A stretch of 63,862 nt of DNA, the filler included, from Octopus bimaculoides (Eukaryota): assembly GCF_001194135.2 (NCBI RefSeq). It is 6 parts of 6 records of this genome, joined end to end, with 100 filler letters (N's around TTAATTAATTAA, not from the genome) between each part and the next. Parts side by side here need not be neighbours in the genome. Positions count along the whole stretch, not along the records: positions 49,295 to 52,899 come from NC_069000.1; positions 53,000 to 61,298 come from NC_068990.1; positions 61,399 to 62,551 come from NC_069006.1; positions 62,652 to 63,862 come from NW_026416551.1; 2 more parts are not named here. The stretch is one strand, 5' to 3'. The number at the start of each line of letters is the position of its first letter. Positions within the stretch are counted from its first letter, which is position 1. The notes under the pieces were generated by a model, which was not told where the DNA came from, ran no database searches, and saw nothing but the letters and a program-made list of their open reading frames with translations. A program made the position numbers and the translations under genes. Positions 50,546 to 63,862 of this stretch are shown here, in pieces.

Positions 50546-51310
50546 TCAAATTCTTAAAGGCTGACGTGCAAGCTTAACAGTAAAAAAAAAAAAAAGGCAG
50601 AAAACTTTACACCCTTTCGATACCAAACCGCCCTTAAGTTCTATGGTATAAAATTCCCGTTTTAAAAGACTCTAATTGAAAACTTCCTCTAGAAATAGTA
50701 TGTGCATTTACATTTCAAATACCAGCATGATGAGAAAATTTAATTTTACTGAATTCTTCCTTATTTTCAAAATGAATTGGAACAAAGGCAATGTATTTCA
50801 ACAGAAATAGAGTAAGAAAAGTGTTAACCCGTCTGATTACGTGTATTGTCATTCACACTAGCATGGCACAGTCAGAATTTATTGTAAGACAGGAGCGGCT
50901 CACTCCTTTATTTGACATTCACTGAACCTTACGAAGCCTTCTCTGTTATCATACTTCGCTGGATCATTCTTTACAAGGCTATACATATCCTTGTCTATGC
51001 ATAAACATACTTGGGTGCACATGCCCAGGCGTAACTTATAGTTGATTTACATAAGATTGCTTCAGTCTTAGGCAAGTCAGCTTTCGGTATTCTGCTATAA
51101 GCCCTTGATTCTAAACTACTTTAGTCTTTTGATGTTTAAGCCTGATTCCTTCCATTCTTCGTGCAGTGTGATCTGTTAGTCAGTATGTAAAGTACATCTG
51201 GTTCGACTTCAACCATATGAATGGCGCATTTCGTTTTACTAGATCTACCCTTTGGCAAGGTTAAAATTGAAAATAAAAACGATCAGTCCCGATTATTCAG
51301 GCACTGAATA

Positions 51311-51374
<64 letters not shown>
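51311..51374. repeat. (CA)n microsatellite
   Basis: Direct run into a gap. Confidence 0.95.
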
Positions 51375-51734
51375 NNNNNNNNNNNNNNNNNNNNNNNNNN
51401 NNNNNNNNNNNNNNNNNNNNNNNNNNNNNNNNNNNNNNNNNNNNNNNNNNNNNNNNNNNNNNNNNNNNNNNNNNNNNNNNNNNNNNNNNNNNNNNNNNNN
51501 NNNNNNNNNNNNNNNNNNNNNNNNNNNNNNNNNNNNNNNNNNNNNNNNNNNNNNNNNNNNNNNNNNNNNNNNNNNNNNNNNNNNNNNNNNNNNNNNNNNN
51601 NNNNNNNNNNNNNNNNNNNNNNNNNNNNATATTATATATATATATATGTATATTTAATGCCCGTTACTTCCTTCTCTACAATGGTTTCACACTACTATAC
51701 AGGAACCAAGACGCAGCAACCTACAGTGGAATGA

Positions 51735-51900
51735 AGGCACTTGACTTAGTGGTTAAGGCGTTGTACTCAATATCACAAGATCATGGTTTCGTTTCCCAGA
51801 TCTGGCGGTGCGTTTTGAGTTCTTGAGCAAAACGCTTCATTTCATATTGTTCAAGTCTACTCAAGAGATAAATGAGTAACTCTGCGATGGACTGGTGCCT
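51735..51900 (+). mobile_element. Old tRNA-SINE head (family B-like)
   Basis: TGACTTAGTGGTTAAGG..GGTTTCGTTTCCC..TTCTTGAGCAAAACGCTTCATTTCA parallels 50205-50310. Confidence 0.65.
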
Positions 51901-52667
51901 CGTTCAGGGCCAATGTTGTAATTTCTTTTATTACATGTGTTACGAAAGCGATACTGCAGTACTTGGAATAGTTCTTGTACTAATAATCGGCTTCTTAAGT
52001 TAGTTTTATTTTGAGGCGGTGTGTCAGGTCACTACATCAGAATATAACCCGGTAGTGCAGTCTAACAGAAAACACGCGTAAAAGCTGGACTATAACAACA
52101 CAGGAACTCTTTCAAAGGCTGTCAAAACGAAAATACTACATTGCTCATCTTACAAAAGAAGAATTAGAACGAATCCATAACTATCACATTGTCTAACTTG
52201 CACAAAGCCATCCAATTCAGTAATAGTTGAAAACGGTACAATTCATATTTAACAGAAATACTGTATCATAAACTACAAACCTACAAATTAGGCACTGTCT
52301 TCTTTTATCCTTGAAACTTTGCAAGTGAAGTTGTTAAGCAACAATGAAAGTATTCAATGGACTTATATCAATCTTGTTGTAGAATATAACCATAGGCCAT
52401 CTTCGAGTCATTCTTTTACCATCTTACCTAGGGTGTCTACCCTTCCTTCTATTTTGCTGTAACATGTAGTAACTTCAGGTTTCTTTTCATCACTTTATTC
52501 CGATATTGCAATCAATACGTATCCATAGTTGGTGTTGTATCTGCATCAAAATACATATTAAAATTGAGGAATATGGAAGAAAAAAAACAAACTAAAAAAA
52601 CTATTTGCAGAGTTAATTTATAATAAGATAGGAAAAAGGAAATATTTTGGTAGTATTTATATATAAT

Positions 52668-52900
52668 AGGCGTAGGAGTGGCTGTGTGGTAAGTAGCTTG
52701 CTTACCAGCCACATGGTCTTGGGTTCAGTCCCACTGCGTGGCACCTTGGGCAAGTATCTTCTACTGTAGACTCGGGCCACCAAAGCCTTGTAAGTGGATT
52801 TGATAGACGGAAACTGAAAGAAGCCCGTCGTATATATGTAAATATATATATGTATGTGTGTGTATATGTTTGTGTATCTGTTTTTGTCCCCCCCCCCCCN
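52668..52900 (+). mobile_element. SINE family A, 5' half
   Basis: GGCGTAGGAGTGGCTGTGTGGTAAGTAGCTTGC..GGGTTCAGTCCCACTGCG; same as 1931/24481. Confidence 0.88.
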
Positions 52901-52999
52901 NNNNNNNNNNNNNNNNNNNNNNNNNNNNNNNNNNNNNNNNNNNTTAATTAATTAANNNNNNNNNNNNNNNNNNNNNNNNNNNNNNNNNNNNNNNNNNNN

Positions 53000-53101
<102 letters not shown>

Positions 53102-54111
53102 CATTGAAACTCACCATTTGGGGATAATCGAAATTTTCCTCCTCCCTTTTTCTGACATACATACACACATACGCACATACATGTAAACTGGTCACAAGTA
53201 GATTTTCTGCTATGTAATAATATGTTGAATCATAATGACAATGAGCGAATATTATGACATATGTACATATTTCATATGATAATCGTGACACTACCACAAT
53301 ATAATTGCTATAGTTTCAATAGATGATCTTAGATCAACTGACTTAACAAATAAGTACAAGAACACTTAAACTATCAACTTTATCATACAATTAATGTGAA
53401 GAATACAATCATTTGTTGCTTAAAACTGGTTCTGTCTGAAGAATCCTTACCTATCCTCTATGCCTTAAAGTGATTTGACCTCTAGTTATCAATTTAAAGA
53501 TATCTATACAAATCTATTTGCATAAAGATATTATGCTTCATATCATCAATAACTTGCTGTGAGCATCAGTGCATACAGCTGAGTGCTTCGTGACATGATT
53601 ATAAAATGTATATGTCTGTTACTGCCATTTACCGAAAAAGTTAGGTTCAAAGATCCTTATAGATTTGGTCATTCAACTCATATGAAAATATCTATAAAGA
53701 ATACATAACGATTATAGAAACATTTGTGTTGCATATTATGGATGTAAGTTTAGAAGATAAATCAATGGGTGTATTTATTATATTTATCATATATCTGTGT
53801 ATGTGTGAAAGAGAGAGAGGGAGAGAGACTTGGTCAATGGTAATTGAATCGAAACCTGTCAGATAGACAGCTATAGTAATCTAAAGACAACCGTTTCACA
53901 CACTGCCTCATGATGATTCTGCCTGAGAATTACATTAAGGGTAGACATGTCTGTGGAATACTCAGCCACTTGCATGATAATTCAGGTAAAAAATATTTCA
54001 GATAATTAAACAACTGAAATCCCAAATGATGGAATGGTGTCAAATGATGGAAATCACCCACTATATATGCATACATACATATACATACATCTATAATATA
54101 ATACACACACA

Positions 54112-54429
54112 TCATCATCATCATCATCATCGTTTAACGTTCGCTTTCCATGCTAGCATGGGTTGGACGATTTGACTGAGGACTGGTGAAACCGGATGGC
54201 AACACCAGGCTCCAGTCTAATTTGGCAGAGTTTCTACAGCTGGATGCCCTTCCTAACGCCAACCACTCAGAGAGTGTAGTGGGTGCTTTTACGTGTCACC
54301 CGCACGAAAACGGCCACACTCGAAATGGTGTCTTTTATGTGCCACCCGCACAAGCCAGTCCAGGGGCACTGGCAACGATCTCGCTCGAAAATCCTACGGG
54401 AGCCAGTCAGGCGGTACTGGCAACGGCCA

Positions 54430-54430
<1 letters not shown>
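54112..54430 (-). mobile_element. Young LINE/SINE 3' end with (GAT)n tail
   Basis: (CAT)n on plus, then CGTTTAACG..CAGCTGGATGCCCTTCCTAACGCCAACC; older copies at 55320-55520 and 60025-60370. Confidence 0.75.
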
Positions 54431-54482
<52 letters not shown>

Positions 54483-54489
54483 TGCAAAT

Positions 54490-54542
<53 letters not shown>

Positions 54543-55965
54543 CACAAACGCACATGCGTGCACGCACATACAAATCCACATAAGTCCCTATTTCTCTGCT
54601 AGCATTTGAATGCATATTTACTTACCTTAGTGTAAGTTTCAAGCACATTTAGGCATGAATGAGTGTACATGCATTCTTTTATTTTATAGCATATGACTGT
54701 GTATCATTATCAAACTGTTTTCTGTAAGTTATATACTTGTCTAAAGTTTTGTATTTCATCAAGTCTATGAGTGTGTGTATGTGTATATGTGTATATGTAC
54801 GTATGCATGAGAATGAGTGAATAGATGTAGGTGGGTGAGAAGGAAGGAGGGAGACAGAAACGTATTTTATGCCAGTATCATCTGGTATTAATTGAAAGTA
54901 GAAAAATTTTAAATTTAGTAAAGCTTAAAAAGACTAACAAAAATAAACCAAAACACAAAGAAATACGAGATGCTGAATCCTCTTCACAAAGATAACCATG
55001 TTATAATTTTTCTAGCACATTTCTAACTTGAAAACAGAAAGAAAGATATTTCACATTAAAAACATTCTTTCCAAATAAGTACGCCATATGGTGCTTGCAA
55101 CAAGACACCATATGGTACCAAAATGAAATGTATGAGAATAAAATGTTAATTAAGGTAATAATTTCAATCTATTAGCATTTTATAAAGCCTCTTTAAGGTA
55201 TGAAAATTGAATATTGATTCTTCTCTAAGACTGGGAAGTGTGAGCTTAGTTCAGAAGCTCTAACTCTCTCTTTGAGAATTGGTAGTTAAACAGACACAGC
55301 ATCATAATGATGTAATGTCTGTCTTCCAAACAAGCGTGAGTTTGATGGTTTGATAGAATCCACTGAGCTGGAGGACTGAGTTGAAGACCAGTGTTAGCTT
55401 TGGCAATAGCTTCTACAGTTGGATGACCTTCTAAATGCCAACTACTTTACGCAATGTACTGGGTGTCTTTTTCATGACACCAATACTAGTGAGATCGCCT
55501 CATAACTTTCAAGACAAAGAAAATGAAGAAGTCCTCTCAAATGAGTGATGTTGTAGAAGTAAGATGGGGTAGCTTTATGGTTGGTGTTTAGAGGTTAAAT
55601 TATAATGGACAGGTAACAAGTGTTTTGCTGTAAATGTAATACCTGGATATGTTACATTATATAAGAGTGGGTGAGAATATATAGAGAAGTTGAAGATTTT
55701 GGTAATGAGGTGTCAGATTATAACCTCAACGTACAAAAAGGTGAGTATTAGAAGAGAATACAGATGAAGGCTCAGGAGATGGGTGGATAAGTTGATATGA
55801 GTGTAAGAGGAGAGATGTTTAAAGATGGTTGAAAATATATATACATATATATATGTATGTATGTATGTGCATATATATGTGTGTGTATATGCATGTATAT
55901 ATATATATGTGTGTATGTATATATATTTTTGTGTGTGTATATATATATATATATATTTATATATA

Positions 55966-56290
55966 GTGGAGACGAAATGGCTAAGTGTTTAGGGCAGTGG
56001 ACATATGATTGCGGTTTCAATTACCAGACCAGGCATTGTGAGTGTTTATTGAGTGAAAACACCTAAAGCTCCATGTGGCTCTGGCAGGATATAGTGGCGA
56101 ACCCTGCTCTATTCTTCCACTACAACTTTCTGTCACTCCTTGTCACATGCTGTGTCATGCTGAATCTCCTGAGAACTATGTTAAGGGTACACGTGTCTGT
56201 GGAGTGCTCAGCCACTTACATGTTAATTTCACAAGCAGGCTGTTCCCTTGATCGGATCAACTGGAAACCTCATTGTCATAAGCGTTGGAG
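55966..56290 (+). mobile_element. Old tRNA-headed SINE family C
   Basis: TGGCTAAGTG..GGTTTCAATTACC head; body GAGAACTATGTTAAGGGTACACGTGTCTGTGGAGTGCTCAGCCACTT is shared with 53920-53985. Confidence 0.65.
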
Positions 56291-56297
56291 TACCATG

Positions 56298-56329
<32 letters not shown>

Positions 56330-56569
56330 TTGTGTATTTATATACATCCACTGTTAAGTAAAGATCTGCAGGGCAACTACTCAATACAAATGTAGATTAT
56401 ATCAGTTTATTTAAGCTGGTGTCATGGCTCTTTACTCACTAGTTTCAAAGTCATGTATCACCTTCAGACAAGCCAAACTGAGTGAAAAGGAATGACTCAT
56501 CACTCTGATGGCAGATATAATGCTAGAAAAATTGCATCCAAAAAGTGTAAAGGAAATATAAGAATGATT

Positions 56570-56978
56570 TCAAATTTTGGCACAAGTCCAGCAGTTTTGC
56601 ATCAACTCCAGTACTTGACTGCTATTTATTTTATCGTTCCCAAAAGAATGAAGGGCAAAGTCAATCTTAGCAGAATTTGAGGTGAATACATAAAACCCAA
56701 TGAAATGCTGCCAAGCATTTTGTCTGGCATGTTCACAGTTCAGTCAGCTCACTGCCTTAATTATAATCCTTTCTGCTGAAGGCACAAGGTCTTGAAATTT
56801 TTGGGAAAGAGACTAGTCAATTACACTGACCCCAGCGTTTCACTGGTACTCAATTTATCAAGCTCGAAGAGATGAAAGGCAAAGTCAACCTCAGCAGAAT
56901 TTGAACACAGAACATAGTGACGGGTGAAATGCTGCTAAGTATTTTGCCTGGCATGCCAATGACGGCCAACTTTCCACC

Positions 56979-57030
<52 letters not shown>

Positions 57031-57260
57031 TAATAATAATCCTTTCAATTATAGGCACAAGACATCAAATTTCAAGGGAAGGAATTAGTCAGTTACATCA
57101 TCCTGTGATTGACTGGTGGTTATTTCATCGACCCTGAAGGACAAAGTTGACCTCATCAGCATTTGAACTCAGAGTGTAAAAATGTGCAAAATGCTGTCAA
57201 GAATTTTGCCAGAATTGCTAATGATTCTACCAGCCAACCACCTTTATAATAATAATAATA
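56570..57260 (+). repeat. Three head-to-tail diverged copies of a ~200-bp repeat with (AAT)n tails
   Basis: Each copy has AAGGCAAAGTCAA/GAC..CAGAATTTGAA..GAAATGCTG..AAG..TTTTG; starts ~56570, 56761, 57038; partial relatives at 58395, 62325 (-), 11075 (-). Confidence 0.8.
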
Positions 57261-58032
57261 AAAATAATTATAACAATCTTATAATAATTCTTCTTGTCAT
57301 TGCGTTTCTTTGTCTGTTGGTAATGCTTTCTTGTGATTAGAGAAAAAGAGAAAAAGAGAGAGGGAGTAAAAGTGGGAGGGAGTAAAAGTGGGAGAGAGAA
57401 AAAGAAGGAGAGAGAAGTGTCCATGACATGAGGTAGAGGGCTTTCATGTGATTAGCTGAAGAGAAGGAGAGGAGAAAGAAAAAGGGGAGAGAAAAGTGAG
57501 AAAGAAACATCCATAACATGATGTAGTGGAAACATAATAATTTTAGCAGAGGGATGATGTTCTGATGACAAAATGGCACAGATGGAGAGGAGGGAGGGAG
57601 ATGATGATTATGGTGGTGGTGGTGGTGCTGGTGCTGGTGGAGATGGAAGTGGTGGAGGTTGCGGTGGCAATGGAAGTGGTGGAAGTGATGGTGGTGACTG
57701 AATAGTGAAAAGTGTAGATTTTTTCTTGAACTAAGTTTTTTATATCACCTACCACTTAACGCAGGTATATAAGTGCAATTCTGTGAAATATTCATGCTTA
57801 TGTGGCAGATATATGCAATTTAACGAAAGGTTGTATCATATGTATGGGGATTTTTTTTTTTGCTAAATGGAAAAATGGAAAATAAGGTTGAATATTTATT
57901 TTATGAGCGCTGTGTATTAAGTCTATGAAATTGTGCATAAAGTGTATATATAAAGTGCATTAAGTAATCATTGTATTCCAATTTCCTTCACTTTTCAATG
58001 AGTAGCAGATGAGCAACTATCTTTCCATACAG

Positions 58033-58056
58033 AAACAACACAGGCTATGCTTTCAG
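58033..58056 (+). other. Candidate 24-nt micro-exon
   Basis: CTTTCCATACAG acceptor, CAG|GTATTT donor; length a multiple of 3. Confidence 0.25.
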
Positions 58057-58145
58057 GTATTTTGGATAAAATTTTCAGAAATAACCCAATAGGTTTACTA
58101 TGAATTCCATAAAATATTCATGGGTCCAGTTTTTTTCTTTTTTTG

Positions 58146-58320
58146 AAGTCACTGAAAAGGGTGAGAATAATACCAATAACTGTTACAGCCTTAGGAGAAA
58201 TGAGTAATAATCTTGAGAAGAACATTGAAGAAATAAGGGTTACAATACAGAAGGAGCACTTGCATAAAACAGCACTCCTTGGAACAGATTGTATACTCTG
58301 GAGAGTGGTTGAAAAGTAAT
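58146..58320 (+). mobile_element. C-terminal fragment of an REL-endonuclease LINE (R4/Dong-like)
   Basis: KSLKRVRIIPITVTALGEMSNNLEKNIEEIRVTIQKEHLHKTALLGTDCILWRVVEK* resembles the V.PIV.GALG..LQKTALLGTARILR terminus. Confidence 0.7.
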
Positions 58321-59285
58321 TGGTGTTACCTCAGTTTTCTAGTAGTGAACACATGACACTGTAATACATCTGCAGTGTTAGAAATGAGCAAAACAACAAA
58401 TATAATAATAACCATGGTTGCAAAATTTTGGCACAAAACCAGTAATTTGAGGGGAGGGAATTAGTTGATTATACCTTAGTAATTGACTGGTACTTATTTT
58501 ATGGACCGCAAAAGGATTGTTAGAAATGAAACCATTGAAAATAACCAAAATATTTAGTCATATCAAGGATTTAGGACAAAATTTAATGGAAGTGAGAAAA
58601 TTGTGAAAATTATTCAATGGGATAGAGTATGTGTATTACAGACTAAAATTAATTGAAATTGAATTAGCATTCAAAATATTAATTCAATTTCAGTTAAGGT
58701 TTGTATGTATAAGTATATTCATATGAGAAATGAGGTTTATGGAAAAGATACAGAAATCACACTATACTCTAACCGAAAAAAAGAGTGTATGAGATATACA
58801 TGTGAGGTATGAAGTGGTTGATATTTACTATATTTTAAAACCTTACAAAACATGCTAAAATGAATCTTCACAACCACAGAATTAACTAAGCAGCAGGTAC
58901 AACAACAGTAACAAATACAATAATGTATTTACCAATGTCATTAATTACAGGAAATAGCATAATTAAGTATATACAGACATCAGTCTATTTATGTACGTAT
59001 ACATACATGTGTGTGTGTATTCTCATATCTATCTGTATCTGTATATATATATATATATATATATAGATAGATAGTTAATAGATAGATAAGTGTGTGTGTG
59101 TGTGTATATATATATATATTTCTAAATACATATGTGTGTATCTATATGTGAGTGAAATTGCATATGTATGAATATATNNNNNNNNNNNNNNNNNNNNNNN
59201 NTGTGTGTGTGTACCAAACCAGGTGACTGGAGAAAATCTTTGGTAGTATTCATTCACCAATACACATGTTTTCATTTGCCAACAG

Positions 59286-59318
59286 GAGTTACAAAATTAT
59301 ACACATCTTAGAAGACAG
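59286..59318 (+). other. Candidate 33-nt micro-exon
   Basis: TTTCATTTGCCAACAG acceptor, CAG|GTAAGA donor; open as ELQNYTHLRRQ (phase 0) or SYKIIHILED (phase 2). Confidence 0.4.
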
Positions 59319-60674
59319 GTAAGATATCTCGTTTTAGAAATCCTTCAAGCAGAAAATCAATTAATTATTTGATTCTCTTGGTATGCTGTCTGAAGACATT
59401 TTAATGAGAGGTACAAATTTGTACCTCCTCTTGGCAAATGAAGCATGTGTCATGGTGAATAGATGACATGAAAAGTTTTCCCCAATTCCCTGTTTTGATA
59501 TGCAATTATTCTGCAAATGCTATTTTCCAGGACTTTTCAACTCTGATGAACGCCTCACACAATGACATCTACATACAATTTTGAAGCAATGGAATTTGCA
59601 AATGTGATTCATGAGGACACAGCTTGGATTAGAACCTTATCTACATTATATATATATATATAGTCCTTTCAACGAAGTTTACATTTGGGAGAGAGAGAGA
59701 GAGAGGGAAAGAGAGAGAGAGAAAGAGACAATGATTCAAAGAAAATGATAAAACCTTGGGTTTTAATGTACAAAATATATCTACATGTATACATGTAAAA
59801 AGTGAAGGCAGACTTAAAGTTTGCAGATGATTGGCAATGAAGTATAAATAATATATTTTTTTTATGGAGTAAGTCAGCCACTCTTTACCCTGCTGACTTG
59901 GTCCTGGGTAAAGATAATGGAATGTAAGTTCTAATCATTTGAGTTGTACTAAATGATTTCTATAATGAGATTCTCTCAATATCATCTATTGACTGTGTGT
60001 CTGTGTGTCTGTACATATAAATCATCATCATTATCATTTAATATCTGTTTTCCATATTGGCTTCAAATGGATAGGTTGGCAAGAGATGGAAAACCGGAGA
60101 ACTGTGCCAAACATTACTTTCTGCTTTAGCAATTTTTCTATAGCTAAATGTCCTTTTTAATGAAAACTACTTTACAGTTTCTGCTGAGTGCTTCTTTTTT
60201 TACATGGTACCAACACCAGTGAGGTCACCAAGTACTTTGTAAGACAAGGCCCATCAACTGAGTAGAAAATAGTTTTGAGGGAGGTAGATTATTGCCAAGT
60301 GATGAGAGTTTAGAGTATGATAGAGCGATAGAAACAGATGTCTTGCTGTAGAGGAGACACATGGCTACTGTGCTAAAGAGGAGACACATAACTACTGTGT
60401 ATAAGCATATATATATACGTATATATATACATATATAAAACAATAATAAATGAGTATATGCATATATGCATACAGGTATGTGCATACATACATATGATGT
60501 TATATATTAAGTCGTTTACTTGAATTTAATGTTTGTTGTATAACCAATGTTTATTTATCTTTGTCTCATTTACATTTGAGCACTTCTTTTTGCAGTCCTA
60601 TAAACCCTTTCCTTTCCATAAAAAGAGACAAATATTATTTCTTGTTGTATATATATATATATNNNNNNNNNNGA

Positions 60675-60830
60675 AGTATATTTGCCACTTAAATGTGGCT
60701 GACCCCTAAGGGTGGATGTTATTGTTGCAAATATAGACAGGACACAGATGTGTGTCGATAGCCAGCTGGAGGAGATGTTCTCCTGGGGCTAAAGGCAACA
60801 GTAACATCCACCCTGTCTGGGTATGGAATA
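60675..60830. mobile_element. Diverged copy of the 27924 MITE family
   Basis: TATATTTGCCAC..GATGTGTGTCGATAGCCAGCTGGAGGAGATGTTCTCCTGGGGCTAAA matches 27920-28050. Confidence 0.65.
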
Positions 60831-61254
60831 TAAAACATGCATATATGTATATATGCAAAATGAGAGAAGTGAAAAGTGAAGACTTTTAAATGATGAATAT
60901 TTAAGTGTAAATATAGAGATCTAACTTACACAGAGTACAAATGATAGAGAAAATTAAAGGGGCGGAAGAAAGGTGTTATAAGTCCAACAGCTGTTTCTGA
61001 GAGCTTGGAGAGCCATGATAATGTTGGTAGATGTAGGTCATCGCAATACAATATTCAGCCATAATGGAAGCAATCAACATCGAATAAATCGAGACTCTGT
61101 CATCAGATTTGAAAAGATTTTACATTTCAGATCAAAATATAGAGAAGTTCAAAGGTGGAATGGTTAACTGTGGAGAGCTAAGTGTATTAGAGGAAAGAAG
61201 CAGGAGGTTCAGTGGAGTTATGGGGAGTGTTAAGACATACGTAAAGATGTATAT

Positions 61255-61298
<44 letters not shown>

Positions 61299-61398
61299 NN
61301 NNNNNNNNNNNNNNNNNNNNNNNNNNNNNNNNNNNNNNNNNNTTAATTAATTAANNNNNNNNNNNNNNNNNNNNNNNNNNNNNNNNNNNNNNNNNNNN

Positions 61399-61695
61399 AG
61401 GAGGTGGAGGATGTGCAATTACGAACAGCGATGATGAAGATGATGATGATGATAAAAAGGAGGAGGTGGAGGATGTGCAATTACGAACAGCGATGATGAA
61501 GATGATGATGATGATAAAAAGGAGGAGGTGGAGGATGTACAATTACGAACAGTGATGATGAAGATGATGATGATGATAAAAAGGAAGAGGTGGAGGATGT
61601 GCAATTACGAACAGTGATGATGAAGATGATGATGATGATAAATAGGAGGAGGTGGAGGATGTGCAATTACGAACAGTGATGATGAAGATGATGAT
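61399..61695. repeat. 62-bp minisatellite, ~4.8 units
   Basis: Unit AGGAGGTGGAGGATGTGCAATTACGAACAGCGATGATGAAGATGATGATGATGATAAAAAGG; the ORF track shows matching 62-bp offsets. Confidence 0.92.
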
Positions 61696-62654
61696 TCTCT
61701 CTGATCGTTATAGAATGGTTTATTCGGCGCTGAAGATAATCAACATCGGCTGGAGATTATCTAAGATTTTTAATGAACTTTTTTCTGAGCTGAAGTGCTT
61801 ACGATTTCACAGCTAATTAAAGTCATATCAAATTTCTGCTTAATGTTTTGCCAGCATAAATCAAGCTTCGGAAGACATTTTCATTACCGTATTTACCATT
61901 TTCGTTTCAAATATTTATTGTTTTAAACGGCATTGAATTACCTAATTACTGATAAAAATTCAGCTCCGATTTCTGATTTACACTCCTGTGATTAGTATGG
62001 CTTCGATAAAGCTAATTGATCATATGGAACAGGTACAAACAAAGTAGTAAGTCTAAATACCCCCATAAACAAACATATATTTTATATTTTTTGACATCGT
62101 AAAGAACTTAGAAACTTCGAGAGAACGTGAAATAATTTATGTTTTGGAGCGGAGAAACTCGATGCAGATAATGCTATAAATAATAGCGTGTGAATATTGG
62201 ATGAAAATGCCTGTTTGGATAAAAAAAAAGCTGAAGGTTTCCTGTGGGTCGATTGACTGAGTTGTTTGAATGTCGATTTGATTGCTTTGTTTGGGATCAT
62301 TGCGGCTCTCTATGCTCACTGTTCAAATCCCGCAGAGGTCAACTTTATCTTTCATTTCTTTCGGGGTCGATAAATAAAGTACGAGTCCTGTACTGGAGCT
62401 TGGTTCTTCTCTTTCTCTCACACTTTCTTTCTCGCTGTTTGTCGGTCTCTCTCTGTCTCTTTCTCTATCTTTCTGGAAGAATTTAGGATTAGTCAGAATT
62501 GGAAAAAAGATCGACTCCCTTAGGAGTGAAAAGGAAATGTTCTTAGACATTNNNNNNNNNNNNNNNNNNNNNNNNNNNNNNNNNNNNNNNNNNNNTTAAT
62601 TAATTAANNNNNNNNNNNNNNNNNNNNNNNNNNNNNNNNNNNNNNNNNNNNGTT

Positions 62655-63295
62655 CTTCCTTCTGTTACTACTATATCTCTCTCTTTCTCCTCTCGTTCTT
62701 CTTTCTGTTGCTACTATATTCCCCTCTTCCTCTCTTTCTCTCGTTGCTCACCTATTCTTCTACTTCCTCCCTTTGTTTCTCTCTCTACCACTCTCTCTCT
62801 CTCCCTTACCCCTGCCTGGTCACATGCTTCCGGTCACTAATCCTTTTCTTCCTTGGCTATCGCCGAGCAAACACGCGAACTTACTTCGTCCCCACTTTCA
62901 GTTCGTGCCTCAGCGTTCATACACACATCATTTTTCACGTCTGGCCGCATAGCCTTTTCCGTTTGTTTTCCTGTCTTGTTTTCTTTTCCGTTAGTTTTCC
63001 TGTCTTGTTTTTTGTCCGCCTCTACATTCCTCCATGGCACAAGTTTAATTTGTGTGTGTGTGTATACAAATTTAATTTGCGGTGCATGGGAAGAGCCGTT
63101 TTAACGATGCGTCCTGCCCAACTCTTCGAAACGCCCGTGTTAAAACGGGGGTAGCTGATGAAGGAAAATGTTCTCTGTGTGGCTTGTGTGTTTTCTGTAC
63201 TCTGGTTATTATTATTTTCTTGTCTACGTTTTGTTTGCAATATCCTGTACCCAGATATGCACCTATATATACAGGTAGACGTAGATATGCGCATA
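62655..63295 (+). mobile_element. PLE-like 3' terminal region
   Basis: Pyrimidine-rich tract then TTTAATTTGCG..CTTCGAAACG..AGCTGATGAAGG..CCTGTACCCAGATATGCA, homologous to the arms of 17679-18432; ends in a TA-rich tract. Confidence 0.55.
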
Positions 63296-63333
63296 CCTGT
63301 ACGTATATATGCATATACTCATTTATTATTTGT

Positions 63334-63372
<39 letters not shown>

Positions 63373-63461
63373 TTATATAAACACATATATATGCATACAC
63401 ATATATGTATATACATATATATATATACACTTATATATACACATATATTTACATATATATT

Positions 63462-63539
<78 letters not shown>

Positions 63540-63862
63540 TATTTATATACACACACATATATGTATATACATATATATATAATTTTCTTCATATCTATAT
63601 TTAGGCTACTTGTATGAATTATTTTACAATATATTTTTTCTCTTACGTTTATTTTAAGCATATGCTTTTTCAATGAATATCAACATACATACATAATTTT
63701 GTACTAAAACCATGCTTTAAACATTAGATATCAAATACATGATCAACGTATCACCGTTGAGTATAATGAGTTTAATAATTCAGTACTAAAATACATATTT
63801 ATAATCTGGTTCTGAAACAATTTTCCTGGTGCTTCTACACTCCAATGCGCGTACATATATAT

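Noticed and set aside
61399-61695. Coding acidic repeat (GGGGCAITNSDDEDDDDDKK) or CRISPR-like array
   Set aside because: The 62-bp unit shifts frame each repeat and the units are near-identical with no unique spacers; no cas genes, eukaryotic context.

Overview
AT-rich, microsatellite-dense eukaryotic genomic DNA from a gapped scaffold assembly. The repeat repertoire (tRNA-headed SINEs with internal TA/TG tracts, Penelope-like elements, palindromic MITEs) looks like an octopus/coleoid cephalopod genome; this is pattern recognition, not a database result. No intact host gene, true tRNA/rRNA or CRISPR array can be supported, and almost all ORFs in the track are N-gap or microsatellite artefacts. 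The window is mostly decayed transposons: about nine Penelope-like (PLE) pieces (RT, GIY-YIG, terminal pLTRs), a full-length dead mariner with TIRs, a maT/DD37D-like remnant, an L1/Tx1-type ORF1 element apparently lacking ORF2, a 5'-inverted Tx1-type 3' end, an R4/Dong-like fragment, SINEs and MITEs. The most interesting signal is a set of minimal type I hammerhead-ribozyme folds in several unrelated PLE termini. One sits in both arms of a near-perfect 412-bp palindrome and carries the compensatory U3-A8 core variant. The right part has a CpG-rich ETS-motif promoter candidate (~49.7 kb) and a CpG-depleted block (53-61 kb) with frame-preserving micro-exon candidates, which suggests an unannotated host gene body.
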